DNA of 64,000 nucleotides from Eledone cirrhosa (Eukaryota): NCBI GenBank assembly GCA_964016885.1, contig OZ024742.1, positions 260,028,001 to 260,092,000 of the forward strand, read 5' to 3'. Shown piece by piece: positions 10,924 to 24,083 of this stretch (position 1 is its first letter; each line of letters starts with the position of its first letter). The notes under the pieces were generated by a model. It saw only the letters and a program-made list of their open reading frames with translations, ran no database searches and was not told where the DNA came from. The position numbers and the translations under genes were made by a program.

Positions 10924-12660
10924 TTGTTGACTTGGAGAAAGCCTTCGACAGAGTCCCCCGTTCCATTATCTGGTGGGCTCTTAGAAAACTAGGTGTTGAC
11001 GAATGGCTTGTGAGAGCTATACAAGCCATGTATAAAGAAACAGTCAGCAAGGTTAGAATTAACAACGAATATAGTGAAGAGTTTAGCGTAAAAGTTGGCG
11101 TCCATCAGGGCTCTGTTCTCAGCCCCCTACTATTTATTATTGCCCTTCAGGCTATAACAGAGGAGTTCAAGACCGGCTGCCCATGGGAACTCCTATACGC
11201 AGATGATCTAACGCTCATAGCTAAATCAATGACCGAACTAGAGAAGAAATTCCAAACATGGAAGCACGGCCTAGAATCAAAAGGCCTTAAAATTAACCTG
11301 GCTAAGACTAAAGTTCTAGTTTGTAGGAAAGAAAATAAGGCGGCGGTCTCTTCCGGGAAATGGCCATGCTCAGTGTGTAGGAAAGGCGTAGGTAGAAACT
11401 CCATTTTATGTCCCAAATGCAAAGTATGGGTGCATAAAAGATGTAGTGGGATCACAGGTAAGCTAACTAAGAACATAGATTTTACATGTGGCCGGTGCTC
11501 TGGTGCAATAAGTAGCAGCAAGTGCCCACAAAATACTAGCTCTTTCAATTGCGCAGAGGGTTCTATAGAAATAGTGGACAGCTTCCGTTACCTGGGTGAC
11601 AAAATCAGCAGTGGGGGAGGGTGCTCTGAAAGTACAGTAGCTAGAGTCAGAACTGGATGGAAAAAGTTCAGAGAGCTTATACCACTATTAGCCGCTAGAG
11701 GGTTCTCCCTAAAAATGAAAGGCAGGTTATACGATGCCTGCATACGAACAGCAATGCTGCATGGCAGTGAGACCTGGGCATTGTGTGCAGAGGATATACG
11801 CAGACATGAGAGGAACGAAGCTTGCATGCTCCGCTGGATGTGCAATAGTAATATACGTGAACGGCTAAGTATAAACGAACTAAGGAAAAAATTAGAAATA
11901 AGAGGGATCAGATGTTGTTTACTCGAGAGAAGGCTACGTTGGTACGGTCACGTGATGCGCATGAAAGACGACAGCTGTATAACAAAGTGCAGGGCAATAA
12001 AGATAGACGGTAGCCACGGAGTAGGCAGACCCAGAAAAACCTGGGACGACATGATAAATTCCGACCTCATACGCTTACACCTCTCCAAGATAATGTCACT
12101 GGACCGAGACCTTTGGCGGTACTCAGTAATAGAGAAGACCCGCCTTGCCTAAATACAAAGTAAAAACCTACTACAGTCAGTAGGCATCTCTATCAAAACA
12201 CCCCCCCGTCCCACCACCCCCACCCTATCCACACCGCCCCCTTTTAATGTAAAGTTATGTTGGTGCCACAACATCCAGGCCGAAACAAATGAGATCGTGT
12301 AGGTGTCACAACAAAAAACACACAGTCCACGCTGTAAATGTGGCCTTGTAGGCAACACGGTAAAAACCTCCCAGCCCCACACTGTAAATGTGGTTGGTGT
12401 TAGGAAGGGCATCCAGCTGTAGAAAACCCGCCAGACAGTCCACGCTGTAATGTGGCCGTGTAGGCAACACGGTAAAAACCTCCCAGCCCCACACTGTAAA
12501 TGTGGTTGGTGTTAGGAAGGGCATCCAGCTGTAGAAAACCCGCCAGACAGCCCTATGCGAGCAAGACAACCACTCTTGCCTCAAGTGGGAAAACCCCCGT
12601 CCAAACCCATGCAAGCGTGGAACACGGACGCTAAACCTTGATGATGATGATGATGATGAT
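10924..12660 (+). mobile_element. RTE-clade LINE, 5'-truncated, with an open RT-PHD-thumb frame
   Basis: VDLEKAFDRVP, GVHQGSVLSP, YADD, PHD finger, FRYLG, RWYGHV and GRPRKTW, with the stop at 12152. The 3' UTR carries a 113-bp duplication and a (GAT)n tail. TSD ATAACAGAGGAGTT. Confidence 0.97.
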
Positions 12661-14018
12661 AACAGAGGAGTTCAAGACCGGCTGCCCATGGGAACTTCTC
12701 TATGCAGATGATAGCTGAATCGATGGATGAACTAGAGAAGAAATTCCAAACATGGAAGCATGGCCTAGAATCAAAAGGCCTTAAAGTTAACTTGTCTAGG
12801 ACTAAAGTTCTAGTATGTAGGAAGGAAAACAGGGCACAGGTCCCCTCTGGGAAATGGCCAAACTCAGTGTGTAGGAAAGGAGTAGGCAGAAATTCCATTT
12901 TATGTCCCAAATGCAAAGTATGGGTGCATAAAAGATGTAATGGGATCACAGGTAAGCTATCTAAGATCGTAGATTTTATATGTTGCCGGTGCTCAGGTGC
13001 AACACGTAGCAAGCGCCCACAGGATACTAGCTCCTTCTATTACCCAGATGGCTCTATAGAAATAGTGGACACCTTCCGTTACCTGGATGACAAAATCAGC
13101 AGTGGTGGAGGGTGCTCAGAGTCAGAATGGGATGGAAAAAGTTCAGAGTGCTTATACCACTATTGGCCGCTAAAGCTTTCTCTCTAAAAATGAAAGGCAG
13201 ACTGTATGATGCCTGCATACGAACTGCTATGTTATATGGCAGTTAGACATGGGCATTTTGTGCAGAGGAACGGCGCAGACTGGAGAGGAATGAAGCATGC
13301 ATGCTCCGCTGGATGTGTAACAGTAATACGTGAACAGCAAAGCATAAATGAAAAGTAAGAAATTAGGTATAAGAGGGATCAGATGCTGTTTACTCGAGAG
13401 AAGACTACGTTGGTATGGTCACGTGATGCGCATGAAAGACAACAACTGTATAAAAAAAGTGCAGGGCGATCAAAATTGACGGAAGTTACGGAGTAGGCAG
13501 ACCCAGAAAAACCGGGGACGATTTGATAAATTCCGACTTTACACACTTACACCTCTCTAAGACAATGTCACTGGACTGAGATCTTTGGCGCTACACAGTA
13601 ATACAGAAAAACCTGCCTTGCCTAATTACTAAGCGAAACCTATAGTCAGTAGGCACCTCTTAATCAAATATACACCCCCTCCCACTACCTCAACTCCCCC
13701 ACCCCCATCAACACCACCCCTTTCTCTGTAAAGTTATGTTGGTACCACAACATCCAGTCCTAAATAAATGAGGTCGTGTAGGTGTCACGACAAAAAAAAT
13801 AAAAACACAGTCCACGCTGTAATGTGGCCCTGTAGGTAACACAGTAAAAACCTCCCAGTCCATACTGTAAACGTGGTTGGTGTTAGGAAGGGCATCCAGC
13901 CGTAGAAAACCTGCCAGACAGTCCTATACGAGCGAGACGACCAATCTTGCCTTAAGTGGGACAATTCCCGTCTAAACTCATGCTAGCATGGACGATAGAC
14001 GTTAAACGATGATGATGA
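12659..14018 (+). mobile_element. Older RTE-clade LINE copy (frameshifted, 5'-truncated)
   Basis: Same motifs as the 10924 copy but with indels. It ends in (GAT)n followed by (TA)n. Confidence 0.93.
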
Positions 14019-14123
14019 TATATATATATATATATATATATATCATCATCATCATTTTACGTCCGCTTTTCCCTGCTTGCAAGGGTGGGACGGGTCTTAT
14101 TCAGCAAATATATATATATATAT

Positions 14124-14667
14124 ATAATTGTTTCTACTTTTGGCACAAGGCCACCAATTATCCTAGTGTATTACTGGTGCTTTATTTTATCGACCTCGTA
14201 AGGATGAAAGGCAAAGTTAACCTCGGCGGGATTTGAACTCAGAATGGCAACGGCCGTAACTCTATGCGTCAAAGCATGGCGTCCGACCCTCTAGCGATAC
14301 TGCCAATCCACCACCCTTATATATATATAATTGTTTCTACTTTAGGCACAAGGCCAGCAATTACCTAATGTATTACTGGTACTTTATTTTATCGACCCCG
14401 TAAGGATGAAAGGCAAAGTCAACCTCGGCGGGATTTGAACTCAGAATGGCAAGGGCCGTAACTCTAAGCATTATATATATATATAATTGTTTCTACTTTT
14501 GGCACCAGGCCAGCAATTATCCCAGTGCATTACTGGTACTTTATCTTATCGACCCCGTAAGGATGAAAGGCAAAGTTAACCTCGGTGGGATTTGAACTCA
14601 GATCATAAAGGGAGGTAACTATGCTTCAAAGCATGGCGCCCGACCCTCTACCGATATTGCCAATCCA
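14124..14667 (-). mobile_element. Three tandem family A SINEs
   Basis: Copies at ~14124-14317, 14327-14470 (truncated) and 14483-14667, each preceded by (TA)nATTGTTTCTAC. Confidence 0.9.
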
Positions 14668-17330
14668 ATAATGCTTGCTTATTAATCCTTCAATTGCTGA
14701 ATTTGTGTATTCATGTATTTATTCATTTCTATATAAATACTCCAGGAATTACCTTCATTGTACCTACGGTTGATCACCATGGAAATAATATGAAAAGCGA
14801 TTTATATGTTGAGTCAAAAACCACTGTATGTTGACACAGTCTTCGATTTCAAGTTACATAAATTCAAATAATTACTACTATAATCTCTCTCTCTTTCTTA
14901 AAAACCATATCATTTGTATTGCCTCTCTGTTCATTTATTAAACTATATATATATATATATATATATTAAGAGAGTAAAACAAAGAAGCCTTCAATACATT
15001 TATATATATATATATATATACTTGATAACATGTATGCTTCATACCCCATCCAACATCTAGTTTTCTATATAAGTTCATGTTAGTGTAAGTCCACCTAAAA
15101 CCAGCCAGTCGGCTCTATAAACCCCTGTATGTATTTTATATATATACAACCCCGTCTCCTCATATCTTTGTCGTGTCACCAGTTTCACCATAACGTTTTA
15201 GTGCTTTCATTAATTCACTCATGCATTCCCTTTCTTTTCCCTGCACTAACTCGGCCGGCTACTCTCTTCTTGTTTAGTCCCAGGTCAGCGAATTGATAGA
15301 ATTTAACTGCTATTTCTAGTAGGTCGTACAACCGCATTCCCTTTCTTTCCCTTCCCATTAACTTGGTTGGATACCCCTGCTGTTGTTGTTTAGCCCCACG
15401 TCAGCAGTGGTCGAGCAGACCTTATAATTAATAGTATTCCAGTTATGACCACCATTCATCTTTTTACCTATTTATTTATCAAAACAATTTAAACGTCCGT
15501 ATAGAGCTAGTAAGCCACGACAGATTAGGGGCACGTTTCTAGTACCCCCTTACAATTATGAAACAAAAACTACAGAAACGAGAGAAAAAAAGTAAAAGAA
15601 AGATAAAGGGAGGCTAGAGGTACATAAATAAGATTTTAAAAAAGGTGATACAACAGCTAAAAGTTTATTCAACGTCTATTTTCAAAGAAAGTAGGATGTG
15701 ACTTGAGGAAATTCGGCTGCTACTTCTAGGCAGTCGAGTAACCACAAGAAGCGCCCTGGCAACTAACTACCCTCCTTCCGTACCTGTTTGGTGCTTGATT
15801 TAGTAAGAGGGTGAGGAGCAGATGGTGTCCATTTGGCTGTTCCCATGTATGTCATTGCGGGCGGTGATTCATCGTGTACGCTACATATGTGTTTATGTAT
15901 ATATGTCTTAGTGCACATGTGTGTTAGTGTACATACATATATGTGTATGCATATGTAGGTTTTACGTGTGAATATGTTAGTGTACACATGTGCATATATG
16001 TAAATGTCTAAATGTGTGTGTATATATATTTATGAGGTGTGTGAAAGGTCTCTCATTCTGCAATATATCTGTTGGTCTTTTTCTCTCTTTTTCAACCCCT
16101 GAGGCAAAACTCTACATACTAGTTAGTGTTCGCCTGTCTGTATTTAAAGCCTGTTGTTTGAATATACAAACGTTTAGTGAGTGGAAAAGAAAATATGACA
16201 GTTACAGAGCATGATAAAAGAAAGTTGAGGAAGATTGAACAAAAATAGTCTAGAAGGTGAGAGAGAGGAAGAGTGTTAAGTTAAATGTCAACTTTATCAA
16301 GACAAAGTGAAAAGAATTAACACATTTGATACCAAACCGTCCTAGCTCTACACTACAATACTGTTTATTTTAGCGTATTTATATTCGATCCAAATTTTTA
16401 AAATTATTTTAAATATGGTGGTAAAGGGTTTCAAAAGAAAAGAGGAGGGTAAAGATAAAGTTAGCGGGAGGCGGAGGAGGGAACGAGACAGGACAAATAT
16501 TTTATTAGAAGGTAGAAAGTGTTTGAAAGAGATGAAGGGACAGGAGGAAACAATTGATAATAAAAAGAAGAGAGATAAATAGATTATCATTTGAAAGATA
16601 GACAGTTAGAGAAAATCAAAGTGTATTTCAATTAAATTATAGAATGTTTATGGCCTGTAAAAAAAAACAATAAAAAGAGACAGAAAGAAGCGAGGGGGAA
16701 AAACGGGATAAGACATGCACACAATTTACACATTACAACAGGGTTGCCTAGACATTTTAAAGACTAGACAAGATACGGCATTACTGCGGGTGACAACGGA
16801 AACATTTTTGAAACGGAAAAGGAAAAATATAGAAACTTTTTTAGAAAGAGACATAACTATGTACATACTTATTCACCTATAACCACCCCAGGTTCTAGGA
16901 TACAAAATCCTTTATTTTAAAGTGTTTATATTAATCTAAAAATATTCCATAAAAATCTTTGTTATGTTCCAAATACCAGCTTGATAATGAGTAAGTTATA
17001 TTACATCTCTCCAAATTCTTTATTATTTTCAAAAGAATTTAAAAATCATAGGCAATGTCTTTTATTAGAAATATTGTAACGAAAGTGTTAAAGGAAAGAG
17101 AGAACTATATTTGAGATATATTTTTAAAAGAGGGGGTGAGTAGAGAGATTGAGATTTTTAACGAGAGGAGAAAGAAAGATTTTTTAAAAAGAGGGTAGAG
17201 AAATTTTTAATCGGAAGAAAGAGTATTAGAAAGTTTGAAAAATAAGAAATAGAAATTGAGATACACATGAGAGGAGTACTAAGACTTAGTAACTAAGTGG
17301 ATTAAGAATGATAAAGGAGAGACAACAAAC

Positions 17331-17365
<35 letters not shown>

Positions 17366-17639
17366 ATAAAAATATATGCATGTACACACAAATAAATATG
17401 TTTAAAGTACATTTAATAATATATATATTCATTTTATTAAGTCTAAATAGTGAGTCTTGTTACTCGAGTTTCACCTGTTTATCCGATAAACATGCATAAT
17501 ACACGCACATAAATATATTTTTAAAGAACATTTAATAATAAATAAATAAATGCAATAAGAAGCAACAAGTTGTTGCTATTATTGTTTTTGTTAGTCCCCC
17601 CTCGGCAAAAAGTCTTTACGGTAGCTTTTATTTCTTTTT

Positions 17640-17760
17640 ATCTCCCGCCCCTTACAGTTGGCACAGACGAAGGTGTCCTGGAGTTCTGCTATATACACTC
17701 AGAAAGACAGAGAGAGAGAAACAACGCTTGCTAACGTCACATTTCATTTATATTCACACA
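17640..17760 (+). promoter_or_regulatory. Candidate Pol II promoter/TSS of the host gene
   Basis: GC box CCCGCCCC (~17644), TATA-like CTATATA (~17689) and CRE-like AACGTCA (~17733), followed by A/C-rich UTR-like unique sequence in a CpG-retaining region. Confidence 0.35.
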
Positions 17761-18012
17761 ATATCTCAACAACAATATATTTATTATTTACCTAACCTTA
17801 CTCAACAACAGAAATAAAAGTAAATGTACACAACAAAACCAAAACTACCGAAGATAAAAATCTCCAGTTGTAAAAACAACGTTTTACACATTAAAACTTC
17901 ATTCACTACAGCCAGAATTCTGTATTTCTAATCAACAAAACTCTGGAATTAAAACAAACCTAAAATTACTCAAGACACATCGACATCATACTAAATAGTA
18001 TTACCCAATTAC

Positions 18013-18045
<33 letters not shown>

Positions 18046-19584
18046 TTTTATGGAAAAGAAGAAAAATCGCCCAACGTCCACTACAACGAAAGTGACCACC
18101 AAAATCCTTTATATCAATCAACAAAATCCTGAAATTCATAACCAAGGATTACCGCTAAACCGAACTCAGAAAGCAAAACTAAAACCACGGTTACTTCTAA
18201 AGCCGGTTACTTCGTTGTTTATCAACATCTTGATAGTTATTATTGTTGTTGTTATTGAATGTTGTCGACTTTTCATTGTATTTTATATCAATTATGTATT
18301 AGTATGGGTGTTTAGAGAGATAATTAATGGGAAAATATCGACTGGAGATAAGAGTGTTAATGTTAACATTTCACAGAGGTGAACTTTAATATATATATCT
18401 CTATACATACTCACGCACAAATATTTATGTAATAGAATAAGTCAAGCGTGGAATGACACAAGAGAGGTATTTACAAAGAGATCCTGTTAAATACAATGAC
18501 ACAAAGTGAGGGGGCTTGTTTGTTTAATTTAACAAAACAACATATTTTGTTTACAATATTCAACCTGTTGCTTATGGCTTGAAACTTTATTAATCTCTGT
18601 AGCTTTATGAAATTTTATTAACAATACACTCTTGGCTCAAGGAATTAAGTTTCTTAGACACCACCCCAACCCGCTAACCATAACTTACCACAGTTTTTAA
18701 TTTCGGCTTTTCAATTTTAATAAATAAAAAAAAAAGGGTAGAGAAAGTCTTACAACTTTTAAGAGATTCTTTTATTGCATTGCTCACAAAAAAAAGAAAA
18801 TAATATAATTGAGATATAAGTGCATCTGTAACAGAATGTATATATATTATTATAAATAAGAGATAAGCATCGAGACTTAACAACCCGGTTTCGATTCCTG
18901 GTTAAAACCTATCACATTCCATTCGTTCTAAAAGGAAAGACACATGTGTCCTACATGTACATTCCAACATTTAATTCCATTTGTGTCTACCTAATTCTTG
19001 AAATCGTGTTTTGTTAAGCAAGGAATGTTGTAAACATTTAATTCTTAACGTCCTGTACCATATGAAACTGCATTCGCAAAACGTTTGGGCAAGTACAAAA
19101 CACCTTAATGACTGCGTTAAATTAAATATTGAAGTCTTTAAGCTAATACTGCAAATTTTCACAACAATCTGTCCACTTGTAAATATACTATAAATATTTC
19201 AATTAACAAACTTGTTTTTAGTTATCTTCTGAATTGTTACATGATGTTTAGAGAGAAGTGACTACAATATTTTGTTGCTGAGCAAAGAAACGGTTTTCAG
19301 GCGAAACACTATTTAAGACTTGGAATCGCGTGTTTTGTGCCCGCCCCCCCCCCTTTTTTTTATAAGGAAGAAACATTTATTGCTATCATTTAAAGAAAGA
19401 AGTCACTAAATTATTTTGGACGAGACATGAATGGGACTTTAATTTAATTTATATTTAGTCATCTAAAACATTTTATCAAGGAAAAAGTGTGAGAAGACAT
19501 GAACACTCAATTACACGCCATAAGGGGTGCTGGAGTTTCCCCTCTAATGATTTTTTAGGCAAGCCTGGTAGTATTACCCGGACA

Positions 19585-19801
19585 ATGGTAAAATGTATTA
19601 CTTTACTCTCAAACCGCCTTTTCCTCTTCTTAATCATCGTACACATCATTGTTCCTTTCTTGGACGGTGACAACGATGATGGTGGAATACACCTTGGCAA
19701 CGAGGATACCTGGAAACCTGGATTACACAAAAGGTTCTTTCTTGTTTGTGACGCTTCCACGCCTTTTCACTGCCCACCTGTTCAACTACAATATGTTGCA
19801 G
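19585..19801 (+). CDS. Probable first coding exon of a secreted (prepro)protein
   Basis: Kozak-like ACAATGG start. Translates MVKCITLLSNRLFLFLIIVHIIVPFLDG (signal peptide-like), an acidic spacer, a KR site and FFLVCDASTPFHCPP. It ends at a consensus donor CAG|GTAAGT (phase 1). A possible acceptor TTTTTTAG lies at 19558. Confidence 0.6.
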
Positions 19802-19885
19802 GTAAGTGTAATACTAGATCTCTTCTTACCTTAGCCATATCGTCAACTGCCTTTCAAATTCATAAGTTTATTACATTATATAAAT

Positions 19886-20196
19886 CAGGGGCGTGCAACA
19901 AGAGGTCCGCGGGCCACAATCCGGTCCGCCAGACCAGTCAGAGTGGCCCGCGATGACCGTTTTTAATTCTTACTTTGTAGACTTATTTAGAATTTTTTCG
20001 TAACCATAATACAATTTTCTGTTAGTTGACCTATACTAAAGGGCTTCACTGATAGGGTTATGTGTGTTATAATTTTCCAGTTCCATATTATGGAAAGAAG
20101 TTGTGGTTTTCATTAGATTACATATTTTTGACTGGCTCTAATAGTTGTTCCAATGTTCAAAAGTGGCCCGCCAATGGAATATGTTGCACACTCGTG
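19886..20196. mobile_element. hAT (Charlie-like) MITE
   Basis: TIRs CAGGGGCGTGCAAC / GTTGCACACTCGTG, GGCCCG subterminal motifs and a perfect 8-bp TSD ATATAAAT. Confidence 0.9.
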
Positions 20197-20434
20197 ATAT
20201 AAATGAATGAGCGATTAGAGCACCTTTGGGCATGGGGGGGGGGGGGTAGTGGATTTATGGCTTCATATAAGTGCTTCATTACGCAACCTCCTTATGTCAA
20301 TAAAATAAAGTACCAGTAAAAGTACTGGGTCGATATAATCAACTTTCTCCGTCTTGAAAATTGCTGGCTCTGTGCCAAAATTAGAAACAATTATTAATCA
20401 TGTAAAATAGGATGGTGGCGGGAATTTAAACTTT

Positions 20435-20720
20435 GTTGATGTTGCCCTCTAAATATTAAGGTCAGCCAAAACACGGTCTTACACCAGGGAATGTTGGTGT
20501 TGCCCTCTAAACACTATTGAGTCAAACCAAGACTAGGCATTACTGTGAAATATAGTCCCGCAATTGCACATTACAATACTGAATGTTGGTACCTTCTTAA
20601 AATTGTTGAGTCAAACTAAGATACAGCAGTACCTCAGGTGATAGTGGGCCCTTCAATTACACACTATTACAAGGAATGCTGGTGTTGCCCTCTAAATACC
20701 GTTGGGTCAAACTAATATAT
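20435..20720. repeat. Degenerate minisatellite (unit contains GTTGGTGTTGCCCTCTAAA...GAGTCAAAC)
   Basis: About 4 diverged units at ~20435, 20490, 20580 and 20675. Confidence 0.6.
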
Positions 20721-20951
20721 TTATATTGAGACAGTTTCTCAGTGTTTACCTTCTATATGTTGTCTACATGTCCACGCATGTTATGTATATTGTATATCAC
20801 ACACACACACATACATACATTGTGCAAGGTCAACACACACATATAGAACAAGGTCAACACAGTTACGAGCACATAGTGCAAGGTCAACACACATATGCAG
20901 ATATAGCGGAATGGAAACAATATATGGATCTTCGTCGATTTTTAAGTTAAA

Positions 20952-21635
20952 TATTTGGAGATACTTCGTTGTAGGTAGACGCGATGTAACCAGGGCAGTT
21001 TCTGGGAGTTGTATTAAATACTCTGTAATTCAAAGGATTTCAAAATGGGATAACCACAAGATTTGACCTTATATCAAATATAATTTCATTTTATACGTTT
21101 TCTTGTATTAGTAAGTCAAATTATAGCAGATGCATAATGGAAAAGAAATTATTTGATATCCAAACTTGTGAAATTTTCTTTTCTTGATGCCTGTTTTGAA
21201 GGTGCATAGTTAGTGTTCGGGTCGGGAGTTCGATTCCTGAGTTGAGTCTTCGAGCAAATCACTTTGCTCAAGTTCACTAGGGAGAGTACAAATCAGTTAT
21301 ACCTGTAATTCAATGAGGTCAGCTTTGGTACACTGAATCTCCCTGAGAACTGCATTAAAGGTACGCGTGTCTATGCAATGCTCTGCTAGTCGCATATTAA
21401 TTTTACATGCGAGGCTATTCAGTTGATCAAACATTTGTAACACTCGGCTGAACCGACGGAGGCCCATCACATAAGTCATGCCTGTTGCGATATTTCCTTT
21501 CGGACTTCATACGGATAAACCAGCTACCTTTTATTTTCATTATGTCCCTGTTGAACTAATTGGTTGTGGTATTTAACGCGACTTCGAAAAACTAGCGAAA
21601 GTCGCGTCTACCTACAGCGAAATATTACCCAAAAT
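20952..21635. mobile_element. Possible TIR element with a nested family B SINE
   Basis: ~30-bp imperfect inverted repeat TTTGGAGATACTTCGTTGTAGGTAGACGCGA / TCGCGTCTACCTACAGCGAAATATTACCCAAA. A SINE remnant lies at ~21200-21480. Confidence 0.4.
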
Positions 21636-22789
21636 AAATGGATCTTCATCGGTTACCAAGTCAACCATTTTGATACTAATCCTTGAAACTGCCCATAGTT
21701 CTCTGATACAGAACTTTGCATTAAAATGTTTATGTTAATCTAACAACCTTTTAGTACCTTTGTAATATGTTCCAAACACCTGTTTAATTATGAGAAAGTT
21801 ATGTTATTAAATCCTTCCAAATTCCTGATTATTCTCAAATTTATTTGAAAACCATATTCGTTCGTAATATGGTAAAGAAAGGGTTAACGATATAAACAGT
21901 ATCTTTCGTTAAAAATATGGTAACGAAAGGGTTAAATATCTTTTTTTTTTGTTTTTTGGTCAACTGAATTGTTTATTGAATTATAATATAGTTGACTGAA
22001 TATCCCGCGGCTAGCTTCTCACGTCTTCAACGAATAATCCACAAAGTCCGTTTACTCCTCACAAGTTATGGGTCGATCCTAAGGCTAAGTTAAATAAAAT
22101 TTCCCATGGTTTCCAGTGCGATTAACCCCTCGGTCGTGCCTGCACACATCAAACAACCAATTTAAAATAGAGAGCAGGGCCAGCGTTACCATTGGACTAA
22201 CTAAGCAGTCATCTAGGGCGCAGATCTCAAACAAGTACATTAGTGAATTTTGAAGGATCACACTTTATACAGATTTATTAAATATATAATAATTTCCTGC
22301 GTTCCATAAATAAATCCCTTAACATCTTTGCCTCGTGGCGTAGAAAAGGGGACTGTGTAGTGAAAAATGCAGGCTTGGTAATTTTTTTCTTTTTTTTTTC
22401 TTTTTAGTGTTGTCAAAGCAACAAGTTTCAAAAACTATGTTTGCCAGCTTGCCAAGTTGTAAGTAGAAATCGTTTTTGGGGGTAGGGAGCAGACATTGTA
22501 GAGTTAGCCTAGAACGCTAAATACCCTGGCGCCGACTTGCACATCAAACATAACAAATCTATAGTGAGGAAGGTTGTAAATAAAATATATGTGAAGGATA
22601 ATTTGACACGGAATGTCGATTCCAAAGAACTAGTTTGTATGTCCCATCTCCCAAACTACCTGTCTGTTCTGTTTTGTTTTATTTATGTATGTAATTGTGT
22701 CTCTAACAGTATTATACTAGGTGGGACCACCCCCGTCTGTTTCGACGATGAGTGTTCTAATTGTTCGATCAACGGAACAGTTTGCTTGG

Positions 22790-23050
22790 GAAATTAACGT
22801 GCAAGTGGCTGAGTATTCCACAGACTTGTGAACCGTTAATGTAATACTCGGGAGATTCAGCGTGTGACAATGCTGGGCCTTTGAATTACAGATACAGTCC
22901 ATTAAACTGGCATCCAAACAGTATCCGTGTACTTAGGCATGGATAGTCACGAGTTTAAGCTAAATGACATCCAAATGCCAAACAATGGGATTGAACCCAG
23001 AACCTAATGATTGTGAAACGAACTCCTTAACCATTCGGCTATGCTGCGTC
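22790..23050 (-). mobile_element. CORE/Ceph-type SINE (family B)
   Basis: AATTAACGTGCAAGTGGCTGAGTATTCCACAGAC block, plus a tRNA-like head (GGATTGAACCC..CTTAACCA on the + strand). Confidence 0.7.
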
Positions 23051-24083
23051 CACGTTTCCTAGACGGGTACTAAAACGTATTTCTATTTTTTTTTTTATAT
23101 TTGTCCGGTTATTTAGTAAAGTACCCTGTCTCTATCTTTTTCATTAATAGTATTAATAGTACCTGGTAGAGTGGTGGGTAAACTACGACCCGTGAGGTTT
23201 GTCTGTGTGACCCTCAAACGTTCATACACTGATTTCAATTTATATAGATCCATACATTGTCATAGAATAACATACCTACCAGAGCCAAATTTATTCTGTG
23301 TTGTAGTCAGGATTGCTGGGAGGTGGCGGAGGGCCAACTGTATAAATCTCAACAGTAACGATAACATTTATGAACCAACGCAATGTTAATTTAGTTTTAT
23401 CAGTTACTTTCTTTGTGTTGTAAATAATACGGTTGTCTGGATAATAATTATACTTTTGTGCGACAAAAATGTAATACTTCTTAAATACAGGGTTAGGTTG
23501 AATGAGTCCCGCTAGGGTCGTTAGTGATGTTCCATGTGGCCTCGGGTTAAATACAGAGTTAGGTTGAATGTGTCTCACAAGGGATGTTCCATGTGGTCCT
23601 CGGGGAGAAACGTTTGTCCTGCTCTGATTTAATAATTTATCAACATCACCAAGTTTCTAGTCTTCCTTTTCACTCAGTCATCTTAGTTACTTATCAGCTA
23701 CTCACTTCCTTATTTACCTTTAAATTGATATCGTTCATAAGACGATTGACTCTTCCAACTACAATAGTTAATCTTAGGTAACTCACCCCATTGCCGGGTC
23801 CCCTACTCGAGACAGACACTCTCATTTCTTTTTAACATGCCGGATCAAAGTTTAAGTCTTGTACATTCAAGTAGCTGTGTTCTTTTATTATCGCCCGTTC
23901 GTAATGTGTTCGTTAATTGCTTCATAGCTAATGGTATTATTGACTTAAGTACCTGTTATTACCTGTTGTTCACCGACCGAATCTGAAAACAGTTTCGATT
24001 TCTGACTAATAGCTTTTTCATTTCAATTATGTCTGCAATGTCTGTTTCAATAAAAAAAAAAAAAGGGTAAATACAATAATTGG

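Noticed and set aside
18050-18382. 110-aa ORF with a hydrophobic C-terminal half
   Set aside because: It follows a poly(A) run, has low-complexity composition and shows no recognisable motif. It is more likely UTR or intron.
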